52,600 nt of DNA, from positions 1 through 52,600 of IMG/VR virus record IMGVR_UViG_3300009537_000015. One strand, given 5' to 3'. Position numbers and translations under genes: made by a program. Shown here piece by piece: positions 1-8,878 of the stretch (positions are counted from its first letter, which is position 1; each line of letters starts with the position of its first letter). Under the pieces are notes generated by a model. The model was not told the DNA's origin. It did no database searches and was given only the letters and a program-made list of their open reading frames with translations. Source of the DNA: a virus. Lineage: Duplodnaviria; Caudoviricetes.

Positions 1-44
1 CAAGGATAAGCAAATTATTACAAGAAAAAAAATTAAAGGAAACA

Positions 45-617
45 TTACCCCCTTCTTTCCTCATAGAGTCGTAGGGCTTCTTTGGCTTTACATCCCAAAC
101 ATTTTCCACAATCCCTTGAAACGTCAATCTCAAAATACTGCACCTTATCTTTACAAACTTTGAAAGAGTAACAATCCAATGCTTCTTTAAGCCTATCAGT
201 CAGCTCACGCTCGGCTTTGAGTTTAGCGCGTAGATCGTCACAAGCCATGTCTGATCCTTTCAAACTTAAAACGATTGCATGAACAGCCTCATTTAAGGTG
301 TTTTGTTCATAGGGGTAGTCAGTTACGAAATCTTTAATGTAATTAATTGAGTCTTTAACTTCTTCAGAGTGACTTAGTGTGTTGAGCTTATTTCGCTCTT
401 TTTCATAAGCAACCTCCGCTTCAAGCTCCCCTATTTTTTTAGACGCATCTACCCCATAAATGCCCAACTCATAAGCCCTGACTTCATTTTCAAGCTCCTT
501 AATTCGTGCGTCTTTGACCCTCAAAATCTCATCTAATTTACAATCCAAACAGTTAGAGTGTAAATATTTCCCATGACTACAAAGCTCTAAAAATCCCTCC
601 CCCGCCTTATCCCTCAT
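45..617 (-). CDS. hypothetical phage protein (coiled-coil, Cys/His clusters at both ends)
   Basis: 190-aa ORF overlapping the upstream gene stop (ATGA); CSHGK..CLDC and CGKCLGC motifs. Confidence 0.6.
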   Translation of the reverse strand: MRDKAGEGFLELCSHGKYLHSNCLDCKLDEILRVKDARIKELENEVRAYELGIYGVDASKKIGELEAEVAYEKERNKLNTLSHSEEVKDSINYIKDFVTDYPYEQNTLNEAVHAIVLSLKGSDMACDDLRAKLKAERELTDRLKEALDCYSFKVCKDKVQYFEIDVSRDCGKCLGCKAKEALRLYEERRG

Positions 618-1222
618 TTCCGTAGCTCATCCTCTCCTCCTATCGGTATCTCTGAAATGGCTTTGGCGATAAAGTCTATTAGTCTTCTCCACACAGACGA
701 TTCTTCCATAATATTTCTGTCCATAATTTTTACATTCTTTGCAACTTCCACCGCCTTCTTCTTCATGTCCTCCTGGCCTTTGCGGTAATCCTCGTGTATC
801 TTTTCTTCGGTTTCTTTCCAGTCAAACTCATCGGTCAGCGTTTGTTTTAAGCTTGCGATTTCCTTCGTCGCCTCGGAGAGTTCGGTTTCCCATTCTGCAA
901 GCGTCTTCCCCTTGTATTTTAAATTCTCGACCGTAGCATAAAGGGGGTGGTGCTTCTCCAACTCCTTCACCCTCGCTTCGGTAGTCTTTAAGGTGTTGAT
1001 TGATTCCTCCAAAGCTTCTTCCGCTTCCCGCCTCTTGGATCTTTCGTGTTGGAGGGCATCTGCTATTGGCATTCTCCACACACCAAACTGACCAACTTCA
1101 TAAGAGGTCATCTCGTCAATTCGTTTATCAACGGGATAATTTGGAACGATTACTTGTCGAATAACGTTTTCAGCTATTTTAATAACTGATTCCTCCACGC
1201 TCTTATCCGTCATGTCCCACAC
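614..1222 (-). CDS. hypothetical coiled-coil phage protein
   Basis: 202-aa ORF co-oriented with neighbours; heptad-like E/K-rich segments. Confidence 0.6.
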   Translation of the reverse strand: MWDMTDKSVEESVIKIAENVIRQVIVPNYPVDKRIDEMTSYEVGQFGVWRMPIADALQHERSKRREAEEALEESINTLKTTEARVKELEKHHPLYATVENLKYKGKTLAEWETELSEATKEIASLKQTLTDEFDWKETEEKIHEDYRKGQEDMKKKAVEVAKNVKIMDRNIMEESSVWRRLIDFIAKAISEIPIGGEDELRK

Positions 1223-1334
1223 CCTGATCTAAAGCCAATGAAAAACGCACCTATCACACAGAAGCCAAACGCAATCGTTAGATTTAAGATTAACCGTGCA
1301 ACACGGCGATCCAATTCTTCCCTCTCCTTATCCG

Positions 1335-1754
1335 TCATCCCTCACCACCCTTCAATAATTCGGGGTTCTCGAAGATATTCCCGGTGATTTCCAGATCCCC
1401 CTCTTCATTGGCATACCAAAGAAACATGTCGTTCCATTCCGTCCCAATTTTAAAAGAGGCGCAACGCTCACTGAACTTAACTGATGCCACACATTCCCAA
1501 GGCGGTTCGAATTGTATGACTTTTAATATATCCCCCTCATAGATTTCCTTGCCGTTCTTGTCGCGGAGGCCCGTGCTTTGTATCAAAGTAAGGTCGTATA
1601 ATGATTCAAAATGTCCGTCAGAGTCATAATATCCTGCTTGCAATCCGTATTCTGTGTACCGAAGAATTTCAAACTCGGGACAACCGAAGTAATACATTTT
1701 GAATGGTGCTGTTGAATACTCTTTAGCCCACGCCCTATAACGATGCTCTCTCAT
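1335..1754 (-). CDS. YopX family protein
   Basis: REHRYRAW N-terminus, QSTGLRDKNGKEIYEGDI and EITGNIFENPELL motifs typical of YopX; AGGAGG/GGGGG SD-like sequences upstream. Confidence 0.9.
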   Translation of the reverse strand: MREHRYRAWAKEYSTAPFKMYYFGCPEFEILRYTEYGLQAGYYDSDGHFESLYDLTLIQSTGLRDKNGKEIYEGDILKVIQFEPPWECVASVKFSERCASFKIGTEWNDMFLWYANEEGDLEITGNIFENPELLKGGEG

Positions 1755-1791
1755 CCCCCGTTCCTCCTTGGTTATTCATTACGGCTCACCC

Positions 1792-1956
1792 CTAGTTAAG
1801 ATTCTTCCATTCTTTTAATTCATCCAGCATTTGATCCATCTTAGCCTTGAATAAATTGATAAGCATTTCTGAGGTCTGATCATTAGCTTTTAGTTCTTCA
1901 ACACTTATTTCAATACTTGCTTCATACGCTAGTTTATTTTTCATGGGTTTGATCAT
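1792..1956 (-). CDS. small hypothetical protein (54 aa, MIKPMKNKLAYE...)
   Basis: read by hand; fills the gap between co-oriented genes, GAGGTG SD upstream. Confidence 0.45.
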   Translation of the reverse strand: MIKPMKNKLAYEASIEISVEELKANDQTSEMLINLFKAKMDQMLDELKEWKNLN

Positions 1957-1988
1957 ACCATCACCTCACTCCCTAGTTGCTTGCTGTT

Positions 1989-2240
1989 TTAAAAAAGACC
2001 ATCCTCAGCAATTCTCTGTAAAGTTTTTAGCTCATTGTTCCAGTTGTTCAAAACATCATTCTTGAGTATAGTTACAAGGGAAATAGCTTGCGACCAATTC
2101 CCTTTTCCATATTGAAAAAACATCTCACCGTTTTTATCTTTATCCGCGTAAGTCTGATAGGCAAGCACCATACAAACGCTTCTTCTTTCAATCTCTTTAA
2201 CCAAATCGTCAAATTGGACTAGACTTAAATCATTGTTCAT
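1989..2240 (-). CDS. hypothetical protein
   Basis: 83-aa ORF with GGGAG SD. Confidence 0.6.
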   Translation of the reverse strand: MNNDLSLVQFDDLVKEIERRSVCMVLAYQTYADKDKNGEMFFQYGKGNWSQAISLVTILKNDVLNNWNNELKTLQRIAEDGLF

Positions 2241-2249
2241 ATTTACTCC

Positions 2250-2477
2250 CTAGTTGCTTGGTTGGGGGTTCAAAAAGTCATAGATTATCCTGAAACAAAC
2301 TCTACAGTCATCGGTATCAAGCTCTTTGAGTCCCGCTTCTTTTCTCGCAGGGTTCACTTCCTTTTTAACGTATCGTACAAATTCGTCTTGTTTGGTGTAG
2401 TATTCCTCAGTCGATTCTATTGACATTCCCCCTCCTTTCCCCGTGATGGGGTTAAACACAATCTCCGTTATAACCAT
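2250..2477 (-). CDS. hypothetical protein (likely start at internal MSIES)
   Basis: ORF track; AGGAGG SD precedes the internal Met. Confidence 0.5.
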   Translation of the reverse strand: MVITEIVFNPITGKGGGMSIESTEEYYTKQDEFVRYVKKEVNPARKEAGLKELDTDDCRVCFRIIYDFLNPQPSN

Positions 2478-2748
2478 CCCCGTAGTGGTCGTTATATTCC
2501 ATGCACTCTAAGCACTCACAGTCATCATCATGCTCTTCTGGCTCTTTCATTCTACCCCTCCCGTTTAAGTTCTCTGTTGGTTGTTCATTGGGTCTTACAT
2601 TCCAGCCGGAAACATGGATTGGATTTATCTTCCGCATCGGATGGCCTTTGGGGATACCCGCCTTGTCGTAAATTTTTTGAATCCTCTTTCTGGCCGCTTT
2701 TCCCATCGCATAAGCCATAGACTTGAAATCATCCGCGTCCACACTCAT
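2452..2748 (-). CDS. hypothetical protein
   Basis: 98-aa ORF with GAGGG SD. Confidence 0.5.
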   Translation of the reverse strand: MSVDADDFKSMAYAMGKAARKRIQKIYDKAGIPKGHPMRKINPIHVSGWNVRPNEQPTENLNGRGRMKEPEEHDDDCECLECMEYNDHYGDGYNGDCV

Positions 2749-2788
2749 CCCCTCAATTCTTCAAGACGTTCTAAACACTCCATAGCCG

Positions 2789-3025
2789 TTATCCTTTCTT
2801 GCCAAACATGGCGTCTTGAGTCATAGCAATCGCCTGGGCCGTTGTTCTTTGACCTTGAAGAACCCCATCCGCAAACTGTTTTCTCGAATACTCGTCAGCC
2901 CAAACAATCAAATCCTCAACATCTAAATCTGCTAACCAATCCTCAAAATCATCAGGCATACAATCATCCGTTCCAACGTATTGTTTGCCGTGTTTTTCCA
3001 TTAGGTAATCTTTAAAATCTTTCAT
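2789..3025 (-). CDS. hypothetical acidic protein
   Basis: 78-aa ORF with AAGGAGG SD. Confidence 0.65.
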   Translation of the reverse strand: MKDFKDYLMEKHGKQYVGTDDCMPDDFEDWLADLDVEDLIVWADEYSRKQFADGVLQGQRTTAQAIAMTQDAMFGKKG

Positions 3026-3044
3026 CTCATCCTCCTTGTTATTT

Positions 3045-3159
3045 AGTGCTGTGTCCCTGGCAGTTGGTCTGCAACAACGGATGGAATCGAACCATCATTC
3101 TCAAGTAGAAGCGTTTTAAGCCCCAGACTTGTCAGGGTACCACCCCACAAGGACACAGC
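3045..3159 (-). ncRNA. structured RNA 1 with canonical tRNA T-arm (GATGG-TTCGATT-CCATC)
   Basis: terminal helix GCTGTGTCC/GGACACAGC, inner GTCTG/CAGAC helix, perfect T-arm; non-coding gap. Confidence 0.55.
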
Positions 3160-3165
3160 GTTAAT

Positions 3166-3280
3166 TGGTGTGGGGGTAGGGAAACGATCCCAATTAGTCT
3201 GCTTATTGTTCGTCAATGATTAGTCGTGACAAGTGGACTAACTCGCATTGTCGACACCTACGCCTTTAACGCTCCCCACA
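3166..3280 (-). ncRNA. tRNA-like RNA 2 ending in CCA with an elongated central arm
   Basis: acceptor-like TGTGGGG/CCCCACA plus CCA, T-like arm TTGGG-ATCGTTT-CCCTA, long CAATG..TTAGTC/GACTAA..CATTG hairpin. Confidence 0.55.
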
Positions 3281-3396
3281 TGATCGCTGACTGTTCGGCA
3301 GGATTCCCCACCCTGCGCCTACGAGAACGAGTTGTCATTAGATCGTTCTCGCGTTCATCTCTCTTACCTCGGCCTGACCACCGCGAACAGTCAACA
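3281..3396 (-). ncRNA. tRNA-like structured RNA 3
   Basis: 13-bp terminal helix TGTTGACTGTTCG/CGAACAGTCAGCG, inner CGAGAACGA/TCGTTCTCG hairpin, GCAGG..CCTGC arm next to the 3' strand. Confidence 0.5.
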
Positions 3397-3398
3397 TT

Positions 3399-3491
3399 TG
3401 GTGACTGACTGGCGGGGAATAGCCCCACAATGCTTTCACCCCATTATTTTTTATGCCCACCTTACGGCTGCAAAGGGGCCACAGTCAGTCA
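3399..3491 (-). ncRNA. tRNA-like RNA 4 ending in CCA
   Basis: 10-bp terminal helix TGACTGACTG/CAGTCAGTCA followed by CCA; GTGGG-GCTATTC-CCCGC arm next to the 3' strand. Confidence 0.55.
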
Positions 3492-3503
3492 TGTTTCAAA
3501 GAA

Positions 3504-3761
3504 CTAATCTTCTAAATGAGCTTTAACTCGCTCTGCCACATCTTCCGCTGGAACCTTCTCAAGAGCCACAAGCATTTCTTTTACCAAGGGCTTTTTTGAG
3601 AGATTTCGGAAATCTTCTTTGGAATAACTCTTAAACTTCTTTCTAAACGTCCTCACCGTCCCAAAATGGGATGGATTTGCCGATTGGTTTAATCCCATAG
3701 TCGCCTCTAAAAAAGGTGTCTGTCGATAAATAGGATCTTCTAGAATATCCCGTGAGAGCAT
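3504..3761 (-). CDS. hypothetical protein
   Basis: 85-aa ORF coupled (TAATG) to the upstream gene. Confidence 0.55.
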   Translation of the reverse strand: MLSRDILEDPIYRQTPFLEATMGLNQSANPSHFGTVRTFRKKFKSYSKEDFRNLSKKPLVKEMLVALEKVPAEDVAERVKAHLED

Positions 3762-4231
3762 TACCCTTCGCCATCCTTAAGGATGTCCTCAATCGACACG
3801 TCATTATCCCACTGAGCAATAAAGAAAAGGTCATCACAACCCTCGATCCCTCCGAAAATAATAGGGTCGGGCCTTTCCTCGACCGTCTCAATATCGGCCA
3901 CTTGAAAGTAGTCAAAACAACCCCTTTCTTTAGCTTCTTTAACCTTAAGTAGGACCTCCATTGGTGGGGTTTTCGGTGATTTTGAAATTTCCGTGAGGCG
4001 TAATTGGTCGTAGATTTCTATTTCTCGACGACGGCCGAACCCGTCTTGCACAACCTTAGTTCCGAGCGTTTTCATCTTAAGAGCCTCCTGAAATCTTTCC
4101 AACGCTTCGGGCGACATAAACCTGTAATGTTCATATGCCACCGCAAGTTTAGTCTTTAGCGCAATATTCTTTTTTACTTTCTCAGCCGCTTTTCCAAACC
4201 CCAATTCTTCTAACAGTTCCAATGTTTTCAT
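3761..4231 (-). CDS. conserved hypothetical phage protein (PDPIIFG...FIAQWD C-terminus)
   Basis: start taken at MKTLE after AAGGAGG SD. Confidence 0.65.
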   Translation of the reverse strand: MKTLELLEELGFGKAAEKVKKNIALKTKLAVAYEHYRFMSPEALERFQEALKMKTLGTKVVQDGFGRRREIEIYDQLRLTEISKSPKTPPMEVLLKVKEAKERGCFDYFQVADIETVEERPDPIIFGGIEGCDDLFFIAQWDNDVSIEDILKDGEG

Positions 4232-4244
4232 GTTTCCTCCTTTG

Positions 4245-4436
4245 TTATTTAATCCCACACTTGCTATTCGGTTTAGACTTCGCCTTCCACTTCTCCACTG
4301 TAATCGGCTGAATCCTTACTGCTACGCCTTTTCCTGATCCCTTCACGACTCTCCCAGAACATCTAACATCAACTACATCCACCCTCGGCATCGGTGTTAA
4401 GAGAGCGTTGAAGAAGATAATCAATTCAAGTGTCAT
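4245..4436 (-). CDS. hypothetical protein
   Basis: 63-aa ORF with GGGAG SD. Confidence 0.45.
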   Translation of the reverse strand: MTLELIIFFNALLTPMPRVDVVDVRCSGRVVKGSGKGVAVRIQPITVEKWKAKSKPNSKCGIK

Positions 4437-4461
4437 AACTCCCTATCCAGTTGTTTACACA

Positions 4462-4707
4462 TTAACTCTTGACAGTAGAATTTCTAACATAAAGGTCTGC
4501 CAAATAAGTTAGTTGCCCAAAACTAATTTCGTCTAAAATATTATTGTAATCTAAGTGCCGGTCTAAATTATTAATAAACAAAGACTCCTCATTATTTAAA
4601 CCAACACCTTTCAATCTAATTACCATTTCTTCAAAAGGGGACGTCTTCATCGGGTTGCATCTCTCCCATGTTTTCAGGATCAAATGGCGCTGCTTTTTTA
4701 AAGGCAT
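4462..4707 (-). CDS. hypothetical protein
   Basis: ORF track; probable start at MKTSPF. Confidence 0.45.
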   Translation of the reverse strand: MPLKKQRHLILKTWERCNPMKTSPFEEMVIRLKGVGLNNEESLFINNLDRHLDYNNILDEISFGQLTYLADLYVRNSTVKS

Positions 4708-5146
4708 GATCTTCTATTACGCGATCCACCGACCATCTGGTGTCCGGGCCCTGGCCAGTCCTCTCGATCATAACCCTGTCGCCCTTAGTGGGTTGTAAGA
4801 CGCAAAACGCCTCATACAGGGGCCGAGATCCGCTATCAAGCTTTCCCTCGGCAAAAACATAGCTAATATAAAACCCTTTAGGGAAGCGCTCGTCGTAGTA
4901 CCTGTTTTTAAAAGCCTCACCTGAAGCGTTTTTGATCTTGTTTCCCTGTGAATCCGTTGCCCATTCCGGGTACGAATAAGGCAGCATATATTTAAGCTTA
5001 TCGGCCCAGGATTTGGCGTTTTTTTTCGTTGGGGGGTCGTCCTCGTTTGCGATCTTTTCATAACCAAGATAAGTCAGGGTTATGGGTTTGTCTTGGAAAT
5101 CGGCGTTCTTAAAAAATTTACTTCTGTTCGGGAATTTCTCTTCCAT
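4631..5146 (-). CDS. putative single-stranded DNA-binding protein
   Basis: acidic C-terminal tail ending DEDVPF as in SSBs; follows the nuclease region. Confidence 0.5.
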   Translation of the reverse strand: MEEKFPNRSKFFKNADFQDKPITLTYLGYEKIANEDDPPTKKNAKSWADKLKYMLPYSYPEWATDSQGNKIKNASGEAFKNRYYDERFPKGFYISYVFAEGKLDSGSRPLYEAFCVLQPTKGDRVMIERTGQGPDTRWSVDRVIEDHAFKKAAPFDPENMGEMQPDEDVPF

Positions 5147-5396
5147 TTTCTGGCCTCCATTTTATTTTAAATTCTTTGAATGAGTTTTTTCCTGTTAATT
5201 TATTCCTAAATGACGGTATTTTTGATAGCCTTTCCACCCCTTTTCCTAGGGCTATTTTCTCCAGTTCTGATTTAGAAAGTCGCATTTCAACTTCACCGAC
5301 CTTTATCACGGCCGACCCAAAACTTACAGCATCTGCTATCTCAAAATCACGCAGCGAAACATAACCACCGATTACTCGGGTCTTTTCAAACATCAT
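5118..5396 (-). CDS. hypothetical protein
   Basis: 92-aa ORF overlapping both neighbours. Confidence 0.55.
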   Translation of the reverse strand: MMFEKTRVIGGYVSLRDFEIADAVSFGSAVIKVGEVEMRLSKSELEKIALGKGVERLSKIPSFRNKLTGKNSFKEFKIKWRPENGREIPEQK

Positions 5397-6175
5397 AGGC
5401 CATAAACCTCTTTGAACGCGTTTCTTTTGGCTCCGAAAGTCATTGCCTTCAGGATATATTTAGGATCATCCCTTTTTAGAACATCAATTTTGTTGTTTTT
5501 CATGTCAAACACCGCTATTTGTGGCAGCGGTTTGCTTAAAGACTCATTATAAGAAACTAATTGCGCCATATCATATTGCCCGGTCTTAACATCCGTTAAG
5601 GTTTCTATCGCATCAACCCCGACATTGAAATCAACCTCCCCGGAATAGCGCATTTTCTTGTGGAAAACCTCATATTTCGGTTTGTATAAACTAACGTCGA
5701 TTCTGTCTTTGTGCGTTTCCCAAAACTTTTTCGGGCAGACATCATCATAAGACAATTTCTCAAGCTTTCGGGTATAATCAACCCACTCTCCAGATGTCAA
5801 GAAATGAACGAAAACCTCTTCTACCTCCTCTCCCCGGATAGCATATTCAGGACTAATGCCATCTGGCAGACCGTTCGGATTAAGGATAGACGTCACCGAC
5901 GGATACATGATACCGTCTTTTTCTCTTATCCTGAGGCCGGTTGTGTCTTTTTTGCGCGATGCTTCAAAAGCCTCCCAAGCAGCGGAACAACGATCATCAA
6001 TCTTTTTCTTAAGCATTTCATAAGCCTTTGTGCATTCATCTTCTATTTTATCCGCCGGCACGTTTGAGAAAGTCATTGTGATCTTCTCATTAAACATTGG
6101 CCCGTCTTGTGCGTACTGAACTTTTTGCGGTAGTTTTAGTGTTCTGCCATAGTGTATTTCGCGTGTGACTATCAT
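5393..6175 (-). CDS. PD-(D/E)XK superfamily exonuclease (phage recombination type)
   Basis: YPSVTSIL, YSGEVD, DVKTG and QLVSY motifs. Confidence 0.75.
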   Translation of the reverse strand: MIVTREIHYGRTLKLPQKVQYAQDGPMFNEKITMTFSNVPADKIEDECTKAYEMLKKKIDDRCSAAWEAFEASRKKDTTGLRIREKDGIMYPSVTSILNPNGLPDGISPEYAIRGEEVEEVFVHFLTSGEWVDYTRKLEKLSYDDVCPKKFWETHKDRIDVSLYKPKYEVFHKKMRYSGEVDFNVGVDAIETLTDVKTGQYDMAQLVSYNESLSKPLPQIAVFDMKNNKIDVLKRDDPKYILKAMTFGAKRNAFKEVYGL

Positions 6176-6402
6176 GGGTTAACTCCTATAAACTCGGTTG
6201 TCATTAAGATTTTTTTTCTTTTTCTATCATTTTCGCGGATTTGCCAGCAGCCGTTATATTTCTCGATTTGGTCAACCATAAAGTCGATGTTAATCGCGCA
6301 ATCGACTAATTCGGAAACCTCTCTGAGACACTGTTTTTTTGTGTTCCCGTCGACTACGGGCAAGCCAAGAATTTCTCTTTTTGATTTACTTACAGGGTTC
6401 AT
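6172..6402 (-). CDS. hypothetical protein
   Basis: 76-aa ORF with ATGA overlaps at both ends. Confidence 0.55.
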   Translation of the reverse strand: MNPVSKSKREILGLPVVDGNTKKQCLREVSELVDCAINIDFMVDQIEKYNGCWQIRENDRKRKKILMTTEFIGVNP

Positions 6403-6812
6403 CGGATACCGCCTTCCGCCTCGAGAGCATAACGTTTTAAATATTCAACCGTTTCGTCTGGGATGCGTTTTTTCTCTACCAGATAATTGATACCGGCGTT
6501 ATACGCAATTAATCTGTTTTCTATTGTGTCTTCAATGTCAAAGTAACGCAACATTTGAGGGATTCTAATCCCCATATACCACCAGCCAACTAAGGCATTG
6601 ATATGTCCGACAAACAAGTCATCATAAGTAAAACTTGTTCCGAACTTTTGGTTGTACTCGGCCAACGCAGGTTTTCCAACACCGTACAAACCACGCGCGC
6701 AACAGCTTTCGGCCCTTTCATAACCGCTTGATTCTAAATGCTTTATGATGCTCATGTCGACCGTATTCCCGGCCTGACTTAAAACAATTGCGCCTATGAT
6801 TAAGGTTTTCGT
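6399..6812 (-). CDS. lytic transglycosylase (SLT/lysozyme-like), probably with an N-terminal signal-like segment
   Basis: IIKHLESSG (catalytic Glu), ARGLYGV and AYNAG motifs; the frame stays open 19 codons upstream of Met 6755 to an ACG preceded by AAGGGG. Confidence 0.75.
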   Translation of the reverse strand, partial: TKTLIIGAIVLSQAGNTVDMSIIKHLESSGYERAESCCARGLYGVGKPALAEYNQKFGTSFTYDDLFVGHINALVGWWYMGIRIPQMLRYFDIEDTIENRLIAYNAGINYLVEKKRIPDETVEYLKRYALEAEGGIR

Positions 6813-6982
6813 TGGTTACCCCTTTCTTTATGTTTCCATCGCCTTAGGTCAATGTTCGTCCACTCTTCCGCTGCTTCTTGCGCCTTTTTCTTAATCCAAG
6901 GGTCAATGACTTCCTCGGTAAATCTGGCAAGTATCATCTCATATTCTGCCGGCGTTCCCTTCTGCAATGGTTCATCTTTCAT
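6800..6982 (-). CDS. hypothetical protein
   Basis: 60-aa ORF with GGAG SD. Confidence 0.5.
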   Translation of the reverse strand: MKDEPLQKGTPAEYEMILARFTEEVIDPWIKKKAQEAAEEWTNIDLRRWKHKERGNQRKP

Positions 6983-7166
6983 GGCTCCGCTCCAGTCTGT
7001 GGGTTTGTCCTGTCACTTTTATTTTGTACCTTTTTAAATGTCTATCATCTAAAAACCAAGTCCCATCTAATTTTATAGCAGGTATATCCCCCCTATACAC
7101 CCTTTTAGCTATCGCTTGCCTGGATACTCCTAGTTTAGTTGCAAATGTTTTAATTTTTATTTTCAT
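6972..7166 (-). CDS. helix-turn-helix DNA-binding protein (excisionase/HTH_17-like)
   Basis: FATKLGVSRQAIAKRVYRGDIPAIKLDGTWFL fits the winged-HTH excisionase pattern. Confidence 0.8.
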   Translation of the reverse strand: MKIKIKTFATKLGVSRQAIAKRVYRGDIPAIKLDGTWFLDDRHLKRYKIKVTGQTHRLERSHER

Positions 7167-7172
7167 GGTAAA

Positions 7173-7201
7173 ATACTAGCAAAATAGTTGTCAGTTGTCA
7201 A
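7173..7201 (-). promoter_or_regulatory. sigma70-type promoter giving a probable leaderless HTH mRNA
   Basis: TTGACA-17nt-TAGTAT with ATG 6 nt downstream; tandem TGACAAC repeat overlaps the -35. Confidence 0.65.
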
Positions 7202-7237
7202 CATATATTTTTTGTATTCTACATGAACCGATAATTT

Positions 7238-7681
7238 TCAATCTTTACCCCCAACCCTTTGCAGCTGTCCTTTTACGATACCGCACTTAGCATGATAAGC
7301 TTTAGTTGGCACTTTCTTAAATCTATTAATTCTAATCTGGCAACCCACGCATTGATAAATATGATTAGGCCTTACCTTGGTCACTTCAGCGCCGTAGCAT
7401 CTTCTAGGGCGGGCACCAGTTAAGGCGCAAGCGTTCTTCCAGGCCCCGCCATGTCCTCTATCGGTAGGGCTGAGAGCGTGTGCTATCTCATGAAGTATTG
7501 TGTCGACCACCTCTTCAGTTTTGTTTAGACGTGTTAGGGGCCTAGAAAGCGTGATTTTCTTCTTTCTATAATGGCAAGCGCCAAAACGCCTTTTCGCCCT
7601 ATCGAACTCGAAAGCCCAATCACTAAGGCCGAATTCCTTTAATTTATCCTTTGCCAATTTTTCCGCATGTCTAGTATCCAT
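7238..7681 (-). CDS. SprT-like zinc metalloprotease
   Basis: HEIAH zincin motif, GHG..WK, C-terminal CxxC..HxxC. Confidence 0.9.
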   Translation of the reverse strand: MDTRHAEKLAKDKLKEFGLSDWAFEFDRAKRRFGACHYRKKKITLSRPLTRLNKTEEVVDTILHEIAHALSPTDRGHGGAWKNACALTGARPRRCYGAEVTKVRPNHIYQCVGCQIRINRFKKVPTKAYHAKCGIVKGQLQRVGGKD

Positions 7682-7699
7682 TTTCTTTTCCTTTCTTTT

Positions 7700-7873
7700 T
7701 TATTTGTCGCTCATCTCATCATAGACTTGATCCTCATAGCATCCGCGCCGGTACTCTTCGCAACTAATATCTTCGCCGTGAGGTAGTCCGCATTCCTGGC
7801 AGTTATCGTTATATCCACAATCACAATTTTGGCCCGCGCAATACTGCCCCTTTATGTGTAATTTATCACTCAT
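7700..7873 (-). CDS. small Cys-rich protein (57 aa, MSDKLHIKGQYCAGQNCDCG...)
   Basis: read by hand; 7 Cys, AAGGCGGTG upstream. Confidence 0.5.
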   Translation of the reverse strand: MSDKLHIKGQYCAGQNCDCGYNDNCQECGLPHGEDISCEEYRRGCYEDQVYDEMSDK

Positions 7874-7895
7874 AATCGCACCGCCTTTCTTTTAG

Positions 7896-8465
7896 TTAGC
7901 AAATCTCTGCCAATTCTTCAATTTCTTTCTCATTAAACAACTTTTTGACTTCTGCATATTCTTTTTGAACAGCGAAATAGGTCTTTTCGGCTTTTCGGCT
8001 GTCAAGCTCATAGCCAAGCTCAGCGCAAAAGTTTTCAAATGATCCCATATCGTATTTTTGGATACCAGAAAGCACAACATAGGGTGTCGGAGCCTTGCGT
8101 TTTTGGGCGAAGTCTTTAGATGAGTATGGACGTTCACCCCACTTTGCTTTTTGACTTAGGACATGGTTTTCTGTCATTGTTCCACTATTCACGATAGATT
8201 GACCAAAACGGAAAGAGTATTTTTTGTTTCCCCGTTGAAGCGTGACCATGTAAATATCACGGCTTTGATCGTCGTCATCAAAATATGGGCCGTGACCTAT
8301 CATTCTAGCGTTAAATGTCGTGCCTGTTTTAATGAGAAAGTCGATGCCCTGACGCTCATAGTCCGACAGCCCCTTTTCCCATTTCTTAAAGTTGTCGTAA
8401 TGCCCACCATTTGCTAAATAGTACTGTTCGTAGTTTTTGTAAGGTGTGTTCGTTGTTTTCATCAC
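7896..8465 (-). CDS. hypothetical early phage protein
   Basis: 189-aa ORF with GGGAGG SD; SFENFCAELGY..DSRKA motif. Confidence 0.7.
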   Translation of the reverse strand: MMKTTNTPYKNYEQYYLANGGHYDNFKKWEKGLSDYERQGIDFLIKTGTTFNARMIGHGPYFDDDDQSRDIYMVTLQRGNKKYSFRFGQSIVNSGTMTENHVLSQKAKWGERPYSSKDFAQKRKAPTPYVVLSGIQKYDMGSFENFCAELGYELDSRKAEKTYFAVQKEYAEVKKLFNEKEIEELAEIC

Positions 8466-8665
8466 CTCCCCTCTTTCCGCGCTTATGCGCTTCTAACTAA
8501 TTTGATAGTATCGTTTGTTAGGTTTCTAGCAAAAGTGTTTCTCGAAAAACCGTTTTCTTTGAAGGTGGCGTCAATCCCTTTCAAGTTCGCTCCACTTCTT
8601 AAATTCATTCAGTTTCATTTTATTTCACCTTTTTTGGTTGTCAATGTGCAACCTTTTATGATGTA

Positions 8666-8694
8666 ATTATCGCCTCGGCCGGCTAAAAACTCAA
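8666..8694 (-). promoter_or_regulatory. candidate leftward sigma70 promoter
   Basis: TTGAGT-17nt-GATAAT at the head of the leftward arm. Confidence 0.45.
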
Positions 8695-8724
8695 GTTCTT
8701 TTTTTGCATTCCTTCAATTAATAC

Positions 8725-8743
8725 CGAGTCTTAATAAGACTCG
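8725..8743. promoter_or_regulatory. perfect 9-bp inverted repeat (candidate operator)
   Basis: CGAGTCTTA-A-TAAGACTCG. Confidence 0.55.
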
Positions 8744-8878
8744 ATCTGACAAGGCCCGGCGCTTCATTATAAAGAATAAATAGCCAGACAAAACAGCAAC
8801 TAATTCGGCATTTGAAATTATCATGCTATATTAAAGAAGTAAACAACACACGCATACAGACCTTTTTAAGCGGGCCTA

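Noticed and set aside
3045-3491. Canonical tRNA genes
   Set aside because: No unit gives a standard D-arm plus 7-nt anticodon loop, so no anticodon can be assigned; kept as tRNA-like ncRNAs
3226-3526. Plus-strand ORFs 3226-3408 and 3332-3526
   Set aside because: Antisense to the local transcription direction, no SD, and they overlap the structured RNA array
5393-6175. Cas4 / CRISPR adaptation gene
   Set aside because: Lacks the four-Cys Fe-S motif and any cas context; an ordinary phage PD-(D/E)XK nuclease fits better
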